A stretch of 64,000 nucleotides of DNA from Neocallimastix sp. 'constans' (GCA_050613775.1 JBODTK010000160.1:186001-250000), one strand, 5' to 3'. Counted from the stretch's first letter, positions 14,380 through 29,715 are shown. The notes: generated from the sequence alone by a model not told the origin. Numbers and translations: made by a program.

Positions 14380-14767
14380 AGTGGCTATTACTTCGGGTCT
14401 AATATATATAAGGTTTTTTGGATCGGCCTCGGGACCTGAATTAATATAATTTTATCCTATAGGGTTTTTCCCTATAAACGAAGTTTATTCATTCGCCATG
14501 ATAATTATTCCTATTTTCTTGATTATAATTGTTAGTATAGAGAGAGCTCATCTCTTGATAATGGTTCAAGAGATCATTAAAAAGTAGTTACGACCTATAA
14601 AACGGTGAAAAAGGGAATATCTTTCATATTAGCCTTGCTTAGAGAGAAGTCCATGATGACGCCGAAACAGTATAAGTAAAGAATTCAATGAGAATCAGAT
14701 TCGTTTAAATAAGAGATATGGTGGCTGTATTGCGTTAATCTCAGTCTTAAAAAAAAAAAAAAAAAAA
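14380..14767 (+). other. GC-elevated structured island ending in A19; candidate retroposed RNA or non-LTR element 3' end
   Basis: Hairpins TTCGGGTC/GACCTGAA, TATAGGG-TTTTT-CCCTATA and ATCTCTTGA/TCAAGAGAT; poly-A at 14749-14767; no long ORF. Confidence 0.45.
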
Positions 14768-15074
14768 GTTTTTTAAATCATATTAACATTGTAAAATCTT
14801 CTGATTTAAATAACTCCTAATGTAAATGATTCTTTAATTTCTAATTTTTTAAAATCACTATATTAAAGAAATCATATTTAGTTATTTTTCATTTTTAAAG
14901 ATATTAAAGTTAAAAGTTATACGTAGTACATTTTAGATAATAAACATTCAATTTATTAAATTAAAAATAAAAATAAAAATAAAAATTAAATTAAAAAATA
15001 AAAATTAAAATGAAAATAAAATTAAAAATTATCCATGATATTTATTAATATTTAATAAAAATTATATTTAAATT

Positions 15075-15284
15075 ATTACAAAAAGCAAAATATCAAAATT
15101 CTTTAATATTTAAATTATTAAAAAAAAAATAACAACAGTAATGATTTCATCATTGAAAATATTCATTTAATACCAACTTAAAAAAAAATTTTTTAATTTG
15201 CTAAAGAATTTTGATATTTTGCTTTTTGTAATTTTTTTAAGTTGGTATTAAATGAATATTTTCTATGATGAAATCATTACTGTT
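15075..15284. repeat. Interleaved inverted repeats A-B-A'-B'
   Basis: A 15075-15105 is the exact reverse complement of 15202-15232 (31 bp); B 15134-15186 matches the reverse complement of 15232-15284 with one mismatch. Confidence 0.85.
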
Positions 15285-15625
15285 AACTTTCAACTATGGA
15301 TACTCTTTTAGATAATTTATTCAAATTTTTATATTACAAATTCTAATCATTCCTAAATGGTTTACTTATTAAACAATTTCTTATTTTACTATAATATTAA
15401 ATTCATATTTTTTTTATTATTTACTAAAGAGTTTAATAAAAAAAACAATTAAAAATAAATCAAAATAAATTTTAAATAAATTCATAATCTTATAGGTAAA
15501 TTTTAAAATTTTTTATTAACATTTTTAGTTTATATCTATATTAAAAAAAATAAAACTTTAAATTTTTATTCAAAAACTTTAAATTTATTTTTAGAAATAA
15601 AAAGTTAATTTATAATTAAACAAAT

Positions 15626-15656
<31 letters not shown>

Positions 15657-15688
15657 AATTAATCCAATAATTTGATATTATTTATTTT

Positions 15689-16275
15689 ATTATAGTATTA
15701 ATAATCTTAAATCTAAAAATACTTTAATTTATAATTAGTATATATTACATATTACATATAATATATACATAACTAGTATTTATCTGTTATGATATTATTA
15801 TTTTTTTTTCTCCTCTTCTTTCTCTTTTCTTATAGTATAAAAAAAATATGTTACTTATTTTAACTTATTAATGTATTATAGTATTATTAATCTAAAAAAT
15901 ATTGAAATTCCTGAAAATATTATAATTTTTAATTATTAATAGTATATATTACTATATATTACATATAATATATTAAAATAACTTGCTTTTATCCGTTATG
16001 ATATTATTTAGTATTTTTTTTCTTCTTTTTTTTTCTCTTCTTCTTTCTCTTTTCTTATAGTTAATAAAAAAAAAAAGGATGTTATTTATTTTAATTTACT
16101 AATGTATTATAGTATTAATAATCTAAAAAATATTGAAATTCCTAAAAATATTATAATTTTTAATTATTAATAGTATATATTACATATAATATATAAATAA
16201 CTTCCTTTTATCCGTTATGATATTATTTAGAATTTTCTTTTTTTTTTTTCTTTTTCTTTCTCTTTTCTTATAGTA
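15689..16275. repeat. Imperfect tandem triplication, ~190-230 bp unit
   Basis: Three copies of TTATAGTATT...TTATC(C/T)GTTATGATATTATT...TCTCTTTTCTTATAGT. Confidence 0.7.
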
Positions 16276-16658
16276 TATAAATTTATTAGTATTAATTTTT
16301 TTTATATAAATAGATGAAATTGAACAATTAGTTGAATACATATAACCCTATATGATTTTATTAAAATAATTAATTATTAATACAATAATTTATATAAGGT
16401 GTATTTTTTTTTTTTTAAAGAAAATTTAAATCTAATGATATGTTATTTATGTCTAAATATATATTTTTTATTTGATAAAAATTAATTAAAATTTTAATTT
16501 ACATAATACATTAAAATATATATAAATAGTTTCTATATATATAAACTATTTGTATATATGTATCCATAAATTATTTATCACTTATATTTCTTTTAGAGCC
16601 ATAAATTTAATATTTTTAATTAAATTTTTAATAAAGTTAAATTTATAATAATAATAAT

Positions 16659-17186
<528 letters not shown>

Positions 17187-18288
17187 AAAAAGTGAAAATA
17201 TCTGTAATGAATTATGAGATTTAAGATCATATTAATTTCTTAAATATATAAATAAAATAATTTTTTTTTTTCAATTTCTTATTGAATTTTATTAATATCA
17301 ATAGATTCAAAATCATAACAAATTTGAATTAATTACTGTTTTTTTTTCAATGAAGAAGCTATAATATACCATGTACATAAATATATTATATATATTATAG
17401 GATAAAATAATTATAAAAATAAATATATATATATATAAATATAAGTATGATACTTATGTAATCTTATCATAAAAAATATTATTTTATGATAATTAAGAAT
17501 TATAATAATAATTATGCTATTATCATTATTTTAGTAATATTTAAAAAGTTATTAGGAACTCTTTTTTTTAATGAATGAAAAATAAATTTTAGATTAAAAA
17601 AACTTTACACAATCTTTATTTTGTAAAAAAGGAATAATATATATTTATATATATATATAAAAGGAATAATATTATAAAAAAAAAAAAAAAAGTAAATTAT
17701 ATTAGTGTAATATAATATCTTTAAAAAAGTTTTTTTTTTCTTTATATTATTAATTAATTAATTAATTAATTTTTTTTTGTTGGTAATTGAAATACAAAAA
17801 CTATATTTTCCATTTATCTTTTTCGAATAGGCTTCATTTATTTTATATTATACAACTATATTAATATATTCAAATATAATTCATTTTAATATAAATTTGT
17901 GTAAAAATAATAACAAATTTATTACTATTTTAATATATCTTAATCTTTTGAAATATATAGTATAATTATTAGAGTAGTAAGAAAAAAATAATAATAATAT
18001 ATATCTATAATTTTTTTTAAACTTTTAGATTTAATATATTAATAATAATTAAAAAAAACAACCATTAATTATATATTAATGAATATAATAAAATTATAAA
18101 AAAAATTATATATAGATCCAATATATAATATATAATGTAATATAAATAAATAAATAAATATATATATATATATATATATTTTTTTTTTTGTGTATTTTTG
18201 TAAAATTTAAAAATAAACAAATTTGATTAAATATTTGTTAAGAAAAGTAAAGAAATTTTATCATAAAAATAAAAATAAAAAAAAAAGT

Positions 18289-18351
<63 letters not shown>

Positions 18352-19347
18352 AATTAATTAAATCATAATGAATAAACGGAATATTGACTTCAAAGTAAAA
18401 ATGTGGATTTTACTTGGATGTAAAATACTCTATTTGTTTTTGGATTGACAATGGATCAATCTGAACTTTTTATATATATATATAATGAAATAGCTTACTG
18501 TTGCTTTTGGCTGTTTAACTTATATATATCTGAATAATCAATTCAAACTCTAATAATATGAATATTTATTTGGGATAATCAAATCAAATTCATATAATAT
18601 GAATTTTAATTTTTTATTTTATTTATGAATAAAAAAATTCTTCATTTTTATTATTATTGTTCATTTAAATATTTAATCAATAAAATTTTTATATTTCTTC
18701 AACATTTATTAAATACTTTATAAAATTAACATTTTTTTTTTTTAATATTAAACTTTTTCGTAATTTATTTTCTTTTTAGAATTTTTTTCTATATTATTTA
18801 TTATATTAACAAAATATCTAAAAATAAATATAAAATAATTGGAAAACTGTTCTTTCAATAATTAAAACCATTAATAATAATAAATTATGAATAAATAATT
18901 ATAATCAATTTTTCTTAATTAAAACTAAATACTTTTTTTTTTTTTTTTTTTCTTTAATTTAAATTAAAAAAAAATTTTAATATATTTATTTTTCATTATT
19001 CTTAAGAAAAAAAAAATTTAAAATATATTAAAATATTTAACATTTAACATATAACATAAAGAACTTTTAACTAATAATCAACTATTATTTATTAATCTTA
19101 ATCCAATAAGATAGTTAGGTCTTAAAATACTTTTGATAATAAATAAAGTTTTTTTTTCTTTTATATTCTTTAAATTTTTTTTATATTTATTATTTTTTAA
19201 ATATATATAAAAAAATATAAATATGATCGAATTTTCTTTCAAAAGTGTATTTTGTTAAATCTAAAATTTAATTATTCAGTAAAAAAAAAAAAAAATATTA
19301 CAAAGATTATTCTATTTATATTTATTTAAATTAATAACCAAATAAAA

Positions 19348-19719
19348 ATGGCTACTACTATTACAAATCGCAAATATCGTCATGTTATTCCAACTATGAT
19401 GCGTTTTAAAAGAGATCCATCTTGTAAAAATATGGAATTTAAACCAGAAACTCCATTTCCAAATGCTGATATGGTCCTTAAAAAAATTAAAAGTAAAGGT
19501 AATAATAATCCAAGTATTCATGATCTTGCAAAAGCCTTATTCCTTGAATGTAATAAATGGTTAAAAACCAATGGATTTAAAGAATTTGTTCCAAGTCAGA
19601 ATCTTGGATGGACTTTAAAAGATGGTATTCTTTCTCGTCCAGGAGCTAAAGTTTGTTTTGATGCTAAATCTATTACAAGAAAACAATCAATTTCTAAAGC
19701 TTTATTAAGTACTCCTTAA
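19348..19719 (+). CDS. Unknown small basic protein family, copy 4 (123 aa, early stop near C-terminus)
   Basis: Paralogous ORF; TAA stands where copies 3, 5, 6 and 7 have CAA, and homologous codons continue to the usual stop at ~19740. Confidence 0.85.
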   Translation: MATTITNRKYRHVIPTMMRFKRDPSCKNMEFKPETPFPNADMVLKKIKSKGNNNPSIHDLAKALFLECNKWLKTNGFKEFVPSQNLGWTLKDGILSRPGAKVCFDAKSITRKQSISKALLSTP

Positions 19720-19961
19720 CGTGATGAGGACTAAATATAAAATAATGAATAACTAAAATAACAATTTATGTTTTTAAATATAATTATTTCAGTTTCTGTG
19801 AGAAAAAATTCAAAAAAAAAAAAAATAAAATAAAAATAAAAAAATGTATAATATAACTGCAATGAATAAATTTACATTTAGGGCCATGCAAACTGTATAA
19901 TAAATAAATAATATTAAATTGCTTTTTTTTTTTTTTTTTTTTTTAAAATTTTCAATTTCTT

Positions 19962-19995
19962 TTTTAAATTTCATTAATATTAATGAAATTTAAAA
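19962..19995. promoter_or_regulatory. Conserved 34-bp palindrome downstream of family genes (candidate 3' element)
   Basis: TTTTAAATTTCATTAATATTAATGAAATTTAAAA; equivalents at 9891-9916, 13683-13713, 25545-25578 and ~36007-36040. Function is inferred. Confidence 0.5.
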
Positions 19996-20429
19996 TTGAA
20001 ATAAATTAGAATTAATGAAGTTTTAATATACCCTGTATATAAATATATACTATAAGTCTAGAAAATATATAAAAAATATATATATATATTATATAATAAT
20101 ATATATATAAATATATAATAATGTAAAATAAATAATGATATATAAATTATGTAAATAAATGTATAAATTGATAATAAAAATAAATGTAAATAAATGTATA
20201 AATTGATAATAATTTAAAAATAAATATTACTGTAAATAGAATTTCACTCATTAATTTTACTCATTAATTTTACTCATTAATTTTACTCATTAATTTTACT
20301 ATTTAATTTTACTATTTAATTCTACTCTTTAATTCTACTCTTTAATTGTACTTGTTAATTTTACTACTTTTTAATTATATTCATTAATCTTATACTTTAA
20401 TTTTACTCATTAATTCTACTCATTAAAAT

Positions 20430-20605
20430 TATTAGAATATGTGAAATGTATGAAAAATAAACTTCAAATGTATTGAAACATAAATACAATGTGACTTATA
20501 CATCAAATGTATTGAAACATATTGTAATATAAATAATGTATAAGCCACATTATCATAAAATATATTAATAAAATTGACATAATTATAAATTCATAACTCT
20601 TAACA
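20430..20605 (+). mobile_element. Solo LTR with 5-bp TSD (AAAAT)
   Basis: TATTAGAATATGTG...CTCTTAACA flanked by AAAAT at 20425-20429 and 20606-20610; absent from the paralogous spacer near 36310. Confidence 0.8.
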
Positions 20606-21088
20606 AAAATAAATATATATATATATAATACATTAAAATGAATGCTATATAATATATATATATACATGTATAATATTGATAATAATAAAAATAAATATTA
20701 ACATGAATAAAATTTTAATCATTATTTATAATCTTAAAAAGCATATTATTTTATGTTAATGTTTAAAAGGAATACATATTTTTTATTTTAATTATTTTTT
20801 GACATTTAATACTAAATTAAAAAAAAAAAAAAAAAAGGAAATTTTTATCAATTAATATTCAAATTTATTATTATTTTTTTTTTTTATAAAAAACAAAGGA
20901 ATATAATATATTATAAAAAAAGACTAATATTATAAAAAGGGAATAATATTATAAAAAAGGGAATAATATAAAAAGGGAATAATATATAAAAAAAAAAAAA
21001 AAAAAAAAAAAAAGTTAACAAATAAATTATATATATTCAATCAAAAATATTAGTTATATAATATTATATTATCAAAAAAGCAATTGGT

Positions 21089-21124
<36 letters not shown>

Positions 21125-23064
21125 TTTTTTTGGTTTTGTTTTGTTTTTTTGTTTTTTTGTTTTTTTTTAATTTTCTTTTCTTAAATTATAGTTACTTTCA
21201 TTGGTTCTTGATTGAAAAATAAAAATTTTCATATTCATATGCCTTTTTCTTACAGAATTTATTATTAATATTCTATCTATTTATATATACTTAGCCAGTC
21301 ATATTTACATATCTAGTTGTATTTACATATCCAGTTATATTTACATATTCAGTATTCAGTTGTATTTGCATATCCTGTATGTATATGCATTTACATATAC
21401 ATATCCAGTATTTAATTTAAATTTAACCATTTAAACGAATTTTAATATAAATTTGAATATACATTGATATATTTTTCTATTTACTATTTTACAAATAGTT
21501 AATGCTTAATAAATATATAAAAAATATACGGTTTAATAATTACAACTGAAAAAAAAATAGTTTATATATCTATTATTTTTTTAACTTTGAGATATATAAA
21601 TAATTTTGAATCAATATCTAATAATTAAATTATAAAATATTTGTATATTGACATATATCATCTTTTTTTAACTATAAATATTTTATTAATAAATATTGCT
21701 TAAAATATTATTTATAAATAATATTATTAAAATTATTTATAGTTAAATATTAAATTTTTTTTTTAGTAAAAAATTTTTTTTTAGTAAAAATTAAAAATTT
21801 AAAAATAATTAATGTGGATATATTAAAAAAGATTTTTATCACGAACAAGTTTTTTAGTTGAATTAATTAAATTATAATAATTAATGTATTCAGTTCTTAT
21901 AACAAAAATAAAATTTTAAATTATCTTAACCATTTTTATTATTAAAAGAATCATTATCTTATTATTACATGATTTTATTATTAAATAATAATATGACTAA
22001 TAATCTAATCTTTGGTAGTTATAAAATAGACATTATATTAATAAATTCATAAATATATAAAAATAAATATTAATAAGAATTAAAGATATGTAATTAATAA
22101 TTGAATAAATTAAATTATAATTAATAAATAGAATTGAAATTCTAATTAAAAAAGTGAATATGTTATAGAAGTTAATGAATAAAAATAATTTTTATATAGT
22201 TTATATAAATATCTATTAATTTTTAATTATTTAAACCATTATTAAAAATAAATGTATTAATATTTGTTCAATAAGAAAAGGCTAATCACTTAAATCGGAA
22301 TTGAATTCATTTGATTATTTTTTATGAGAAAATTGTTATTACTACTTAATAATTATAAATTTCTTTTAAATAATCAAATCAAATTAATATAGAATAAATA
22401 CATGACTTGACATATTTTTGTATTACTAATTTTATTCTTAAAATTAAATTTATAATATATTTATCTATAAAAATAATATATAATTTAATATATTTAGTGT
22501 TAAGTATATTGATAGATAATGTAATAAAATTAAAAGTAAATAATAAATAGTTGTATGTTACATATTATAAAAAAATATTTGTTTTAGTAATAATTAGTAT
22601 AAAAATAAATTGTGAAATAATATATTAGAAAATTCTTGTTGTCTTTTATATTTTGAAAAAAATTAAGAAAGGAAATAAATAGTTATTAGCTTTATTTTAA
22701 GAAATATATACATTGTTTTACTAAAAAATAAATATATAAATTATATAATTCTTTCTATATAAATTAATTATTTAACAAAATTCTAAACACTAACGATGAT
22801 TATGATTTTTATATTAATAAATTAACATGAATAATAATTAATCAAATATTTATATTATATATTTAAATAAATTTGAAATAAAATATAAGAAACTTTGAAA
22901 AGAATTAAAATTTTTTATCATTTACCTATTTAACCTATTTATTAATAAAATTTATTATAAAGTATTATCATTGAAATTTTTTAATATGAAACATTATTAA
23001 ATTAATAATTATTAATATAATATATATTATTTAAATACAACATATTTTTCATATAATATTATTA

Positions 23065-23103
<39 letters not shown>

Positions 23104-24956
23104 AATTATTAATAATGCTAGAAGATTTTTTATTAATAATAATTTTTGTAATTATCTACTATGATAATTACTTTTGAATATCTATATTAATAATCTTTAA
23201 TTATAAGGTCGCTAATTTTATTTTATTCTTGTTAAGACAAGGTTCATTTTTTATAATTAATGAAATATAAAACTTATTAGTCTTTGAAAATTTAGATAAT
23301 TTAAATTTTTAAAGATAATGATTTAAATATACAAAACTTGATTTGATTTTGAAATCCTATTAATCATATTAACAAGATTGGTGAAATTTTTATTATTTGA
23401 TAAACATTAATTTAAATTTTAATATATTAATATAATAATATGAACTTTATATAAGTTCATTTTTCTTTTACATATAAATATATATATATATTTTTTTTTT
23501 ATTGTTCTTTAATTGTATATTTATAAAGACTATTAATACGAAATATAATTTTTAAAATATTTTTAATTTAAATTTTATTAAATTTAAATTGGTTGTTATT
23601 AAAAAATATGAAATGAATTTTTATTTTTATATTTATTTTTATTTTTATTTTTATTTTTAGTTTTTTAAATTCAATTATTAATAAAATTTAAAATTATAAC
23701 TAAATTTCTATTTCTTTAGAAAAGGTTTTTTTTTATTTAAAAATATAAATATTAATATACAATTATAAATATATAAGCATAAATATTAATATACAAATAT
23801 AGTGTATATATATATATATATATATTTTATTAGTGATCTATTACATTTTTAAAAATAATTAAAATAAATTAAAATAATTGTCTGAAATAATAAAATTTAT
23901 ATAAATAATAATTCGTTAGTAAATAATTGAATTATATAACAATTTATAATTTTCTTTTTTAAATGAACATTGAATCAATTTAATATATGTATATATATGA
24001 ATAAATATTTAAATGTCAATATTGTAACTATAAAAATACTTTTGGTATTATTTTAATTTTCTTTAAGAAACATTATAATAATAAAATTAATGGTGAATAT
24101 ATATAATATATGTTATATTGAATAAGGGTTAAACATTTTCTATATCATAATATTATTATTTTGTATTTTCTTTTATTTAATATTTTTTTTATTACATTAA
24201 AATATATCAATTCTCTAAAATATTATCTACATAAATAGATAAGAATTAATTGTATATACGTAATACTATTTCATTTAATTCAATATCATCTATATCTATA
24301 TAAAAATTTGACTTTACTAATAATATAATAAATTTTATTTTAGAATGATTTTTTTTCTTAAAGATCAATCTCAATATATAATGATAATAATTTGATCTAT
24401 ACCAATTTAATAATTTTTAATTATAATTAAAAAATCTATAAATTATATTATTCGGATAATATTAGGGTCCATTTTTTAATTAATTAAAATATAAAAGTAA
24501 TTTTTATATTTAAAATAATTTTAAATTTTTTATTGTCTAAATTTTCAAAAATGTATGAGACTAAAAATAATAATTTTTAAAAACTTTATTTTTGTTAATA
24601 AAATTTCGAATCATTTAAAATTGACAAATTATTTTAATTTCTATTTGACAAAAATTAATTTAAATTTTAATTTATTAAAATATAATATTTCTATAAACTT
24701 TAATCATATTAATATGTTTAACTTTGATTAATGAAAAAAAAAATATATATATAAAAATGCATTTTATCCTTTGATTAATGAAAAAAAAATATAAAAATGA
24801 AGATTTTTTTCTTTAAATAAAAAATTTTTTTTCTTTTATTTTATATTATTTATTTTTAATTTTTAATAAAGATTTCCTTTTAAATACTATTATTAAGAAA
24901 ATAATTAAATAATTAATTTTTTTTTCAAAAAAATTTAAATTTATAATTTTGAAATA

Positions 24957-25340
24957 ATGGATTCTAACAATACTCATCACTATCGTCATGTTATTCCAAT
25001 GATGATGCGTCTCAAAAGAGAACCATCTTGTAAAAATATGGAATTTAAACCACAATCTCCATTTCCAAATGCTGATATGGTCCTTAAAAAAATTAAAAGT
25101 GAAGGTAATAAAAATCCAAGTATTCATGATCTTGCGAAAGCTTTATTCCTTGAATGTAATAAATGGTTAAAAGCGAATGGATTTAAAGAATTTGTTCCAA
25201 GTCAGAATCTTGGATGGACTTTAAAGGATGGAATTCTTTCTCGTCCAGGAGCTAAAGTTTGCTTTGATGCTAAATCTGTTACAAGAAAACACTCAGTTCC
25301 TCAAGCTATATTAAATACTGTTCAATGTAATGAAAGCTAA
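24957..25340 (+). CDS. Unknown small basic protein family, copy 5 (127 aa)
   Basis: Intact paralogous ORF. Confidence 0.9.
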   Translation: MDSNNTHHYRHVIPMMMRLKREPSCKNMEFKPQSPFPNADMVLKKIKSEGNKNPSIHDLAKALFLECNKWLKANGFKEFVPSQNLGWTLKDGILSRPGAKVCFDAKSVTRKHSVPQAILNTVQCNES

Positions 25341-28300
25341 ATATAATAGGATGAATAACTTATTAGCGATAATAACAATTTTTATTTTTAAATATAATGA
25401 TTTTAGTTTCTGTGAGAAATGAAATTCGAAAAAAAAATGTGTAATATAACTGCAATAAATTAATTTATATTTAGGGCCATACAAACTATATAATCAATTA
25501 TAAAATTGAAATGCTTTTTTTTTTTTTTAAATTATTAAATATATTTTTAAATTTCATTAATATTAATGAAATTTAAAATTGAAATAAATTAGAATTAAAT
25601 TTACTTTTTTCTCTTAAACAATTTTTTTTAATAATGAAGTTTTAATTTAATATACCATGTACACAAATATATTATATAAGTTAAAAATAAAATATATATA
25701 TAAAAATAATGTAATATAAATAATGTTATATAAAATATGTATATATATGTATATATTGATAATAATAAAAATAAATATTATTGTAAATAGAATTTTACTC
25801 ATTAATTTTACTTTATTAATTATACTCATTAATTTTACTCTTTTATTTTCTTAAATTTTACTATTTAATTTTACTCTTTAATTTTACTCCTTAATTTTGT
25901 TCATTAATTTTGTTCATTAATTTTGTTCATTAATTTTTCTCATTAGTTTTTTTATTCATTAGTTTTATTAATTATACTCATTAATTTTACTCTTTTATTT
26001 TCTTAAATTTTACTTTTGAATTTTACTCTTGAATTTTACTACTCTTGAATTTTACTCATTAACTTTATTCTTTAACTAATTCTTTAATTTTACTCTAATT
26101 TTACTCATTAACTTTACTTATTAAAATAAAAAAAATATATATAAATATATAATAATACAAAATATTAATTGTTAAATAAAATATAAAAATATTTGTATAA
26201 TATTAATAATAATAAAAATAAATATTAATGTAAATAAAATTTTACTAATTATTTATAATCTTAAAAAGCATATTATTTTATGTTAATGTTTAAAAGGAAT
26301 TTATATTATTAAAATAAATAATTTAAATAAAATTAAAATAATATAAATTCCTTTTAAACATTAAATTATTTATTTTTTGACATTAAATACTAAATTAAAA
26401 AAAAAAATTTTCAATTAAATAATTTTCAAATTTATTATTATTATTTTTTTTTTTTTTAAAAAAAAAAAGGAATAATATTATAAAAAAGGGACTATATTAA
26501 AAAAAAGGGAATAATATATTATAAAAAAGGGACTAATATTATATAAAAGGGAATAATATTATAAAAATAGGGAATAATATAAATTAAAAAAAAAGAAATT
26601 AAAAGAAATAAATAAAAAATTATATTAATTCAATCAAAAATATTAGTAGTATATTATTATATTGTCAAAAAAGCAATTCGTCCTTTTTTTTTTTTAATTT
26701 TCTTTTCTTAAATTATAGTTACTTTTATTGGTTCTTAATTTAAATATAAAATTTTTCATATTTATAAAGTCATAAATTGTCTTTTTCTTACAAAATTTAT
26801 CATTATATTCTATCTATTTATATATACTTAGCCAGTCATATTTACACATCCAATTATATTTACATATCCAGTCATATTTACATATCTAATTATATTTATA
26901 TATCCAGTTGTATTTATTTAAATTTAACTATTCAAATAAATTTTAATAAAATTATTATTACTACAAATTTATATAAATAATAAAAATATAAAAAATATGT
27001 AGTTTAATAATTATAAATGAAAATAAAAAAATAATTTATATCTATTATTTTAACTTTGAAATGTATTAAATAAATATCTAATAATTAAATTATAAAATAT
27101 TTGTACACAGACATATATCATCTTTTTTAACCATAAATATTTTATTAATAAATATTGCATAAACTAATTATTTATAGTTTTAATATTTAATTTTTTTTTT
27201 TTTTTTAGTATAAATTAAAAATTTAAAAATAATTAAAGTGGATATAATAAAAAAGAATTTAAACACAAAGATCTTTTTTAGTGAATTAATTAAATTATAA
27301 TAATTTAATAAAAATATTAAATCAAATTAGTTAATGGAAATAAGTAAACTTTTTTTAAAACAATTTTTAATCAACAAGATTTTAATTTTATATTTTTGTA
27401 TTTTTAATATAAATATCTTTTTATACATATTTATTTGTTTTTTTAATGAGAATAAAAATATTTTTAAAAAAAATAAATTTTTTAAACTAAGTAAACTTTA
27501 TTATAATAATAATTAAATATTATTATTATAAATAAAACTCTATTTTTATTATTTATAATAATATCATTAAAAATATATTATATTACTACTTATTAAATCA
27601 TTATATTAATTGAAAGATAAAAGGGTTTATATATTATTTTTAGACTTGTTCATTAACTTTTATTATTGTATTCAGTTCTTAAAACAAAATAAAATATTTA
27701 GTTATCAAAACTATTTTTCTTATTAAAAAAATCATCATATTTTTATATGATTTTATTATTAAATAATAATATTATAAATATTACTGAAATTAAAAATATG
27801 ACTAATAATCTAATTTGTGGTAGTTATAAAATAGACATTATATTAATAAATTCATATATAAAAATTAAAAAGAATTACTTAAAGATATGTACTTAATAAT
27901 ATCCTTAATTAATATAGTACTATGTCTATCAAGTTTTGTTTATAAAATATCTTATTGAATATATTAAATTATAATTAATATATAGATTTGAAATTTTAAT
28001 TAAAAAAGTGAATATATTATAGAGGTTATTGAATAAAAATAATTTTTGTATATAATTTATATAAATATCTATTAATTTTTAATTATTTAGACCATTATTA
28101 AAAATAAATGTATTAATATTTGTTCAATAAGAAAAGGCTAATCATTTTTCATATTTTAAATATCAAAGTTAAAAGTTTAAAAAAATGAATTATACTATTA
28201 GTTAATAGCAAATGAATATTAAATTTTATAATTCATGTTATTGACAAATTATAAAAATCTTTCAAAAGCATTATTTTTTTAATTACATAATATGCAATAT

Positions 28301-28754
28301 TATGTATTTATTTATATTCATTAAAAATTATATATATAATTTGTTGTATAGATTATATAACAAAATTAAATTGGAATTGAATTCATTTGATTATTTTTTT
28401 TATGGGAAAATCGTTATTATCTTTAAAATTCTTTTAAATAATCAAATCAAATTAATATTGAGTAAATGCATGACTTGACGTATACATGTATTAGTAAATT
28501 TATTCTTAATATTATATACAAATATATATATATTTATCTATAATATTAATGTTATCTTTAATATATTTAGTTAAGTGTATTGGAAGATAATGTAATAAAA
28601 TTAAAAGTAAATAATAAATAGTTGCATGTTTCATATTACAAAAAAAAATTATTTGTCTTAGTAATAATTAGTATAAAAATAAATTGTGAAATAATATATT
28701 AGAAAATACTTGCTGTCTTTATATTTTGAGAAAAATTAAGGGAAGAAATAAATA

Positions 28755-29715
28755 TAAAGTTTATATAAATACATGTAATAATTATTATTTTAAAAAGTCA
28801 ATATTCTTGATTAAATAAAAACGTTACTATTAAAAAATAAATTCTTAATTGTAAAGAGTTCATTCTGAGCTTCATATTTTAACAGGTTAAGCGTCATGAA
28901 ATGTCCGAAGTAAGCTCTACTTCTTCTTCTTCTTCTACTCCAATTAAAAATAATCAAAATGAATTGCTTAAGGATAATGAAAAGGTTCCAAAGAAGGAAA
29001 TTTTATTATCCAATTTTAATTATAAAGATTTATTAATTAAATCTCTATTTAATTATAAAGACTTTAAAAATAACTATAGAAAATTTTGAGGATTGGTACA
29101 TTGAGTTAAAACGTCATTTAATCGCTCAAGATTATTTACGAATATATTGATAAGGTTTTCGTATACGATGAAAATGACTAGAAGACAGACTAAATATGAT
29201 AATGCAATTCAAACTATAATCATTGGAAGTTTAAATACAGAATCTAAAAAAAAATATATTTAAAAGATTGTAGAATTGCTTATCAAACGTTTGAAAGATT
29301 AAAAAAAAAACCTTTAATGATCTTCAACAAGACCTACAAGAAATGTAGGATCATGAAGAAAGAATTAATTATTATTTAAACCCCCAAAAATAATAATACT
29401 GTTCAAACCAACTTTGAAAAACAATAAAATTAATTATATTTCTAATAATAACAAACGTAATGATCACAGAAACAATTTTCACAGTACACAAAACAGTTCA
29501 AATAGTAATAATAAAACTACTAAAACAAAATACAGTGTATTTTACCACAAAGATGGAAATCTACTCGACGTTTATTTTTATGACCTTCTTAATAAAAATA
29601 GAAATAATAAAAATAAAAATATTAACAAATTCAAAAAAAAAAAAAAAAAAAAAAATAAAAATAAAAAATAATAATTTTAAAAGAAATAATTTTCATACAA
29701 ATAAAATTAATGAAT
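28755..29715 (+). mobile_element. Degenerate Ty1/copia retrotransposon 5' part (LTR end, PBS-like site, gag relic)
   Basis: ...TTTTAACA then GGTTAAGCG at 28885 (copia-like PBS position). Frameshifted gag NFEDWYIELKRHLIAQDIYEYI...AIQTIIIGSL...DCRIAYQTFERLK (UBN2-type). Decayed zinc knuckle YSVFYHKDGNLLDVY. Confidence 0.8.
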
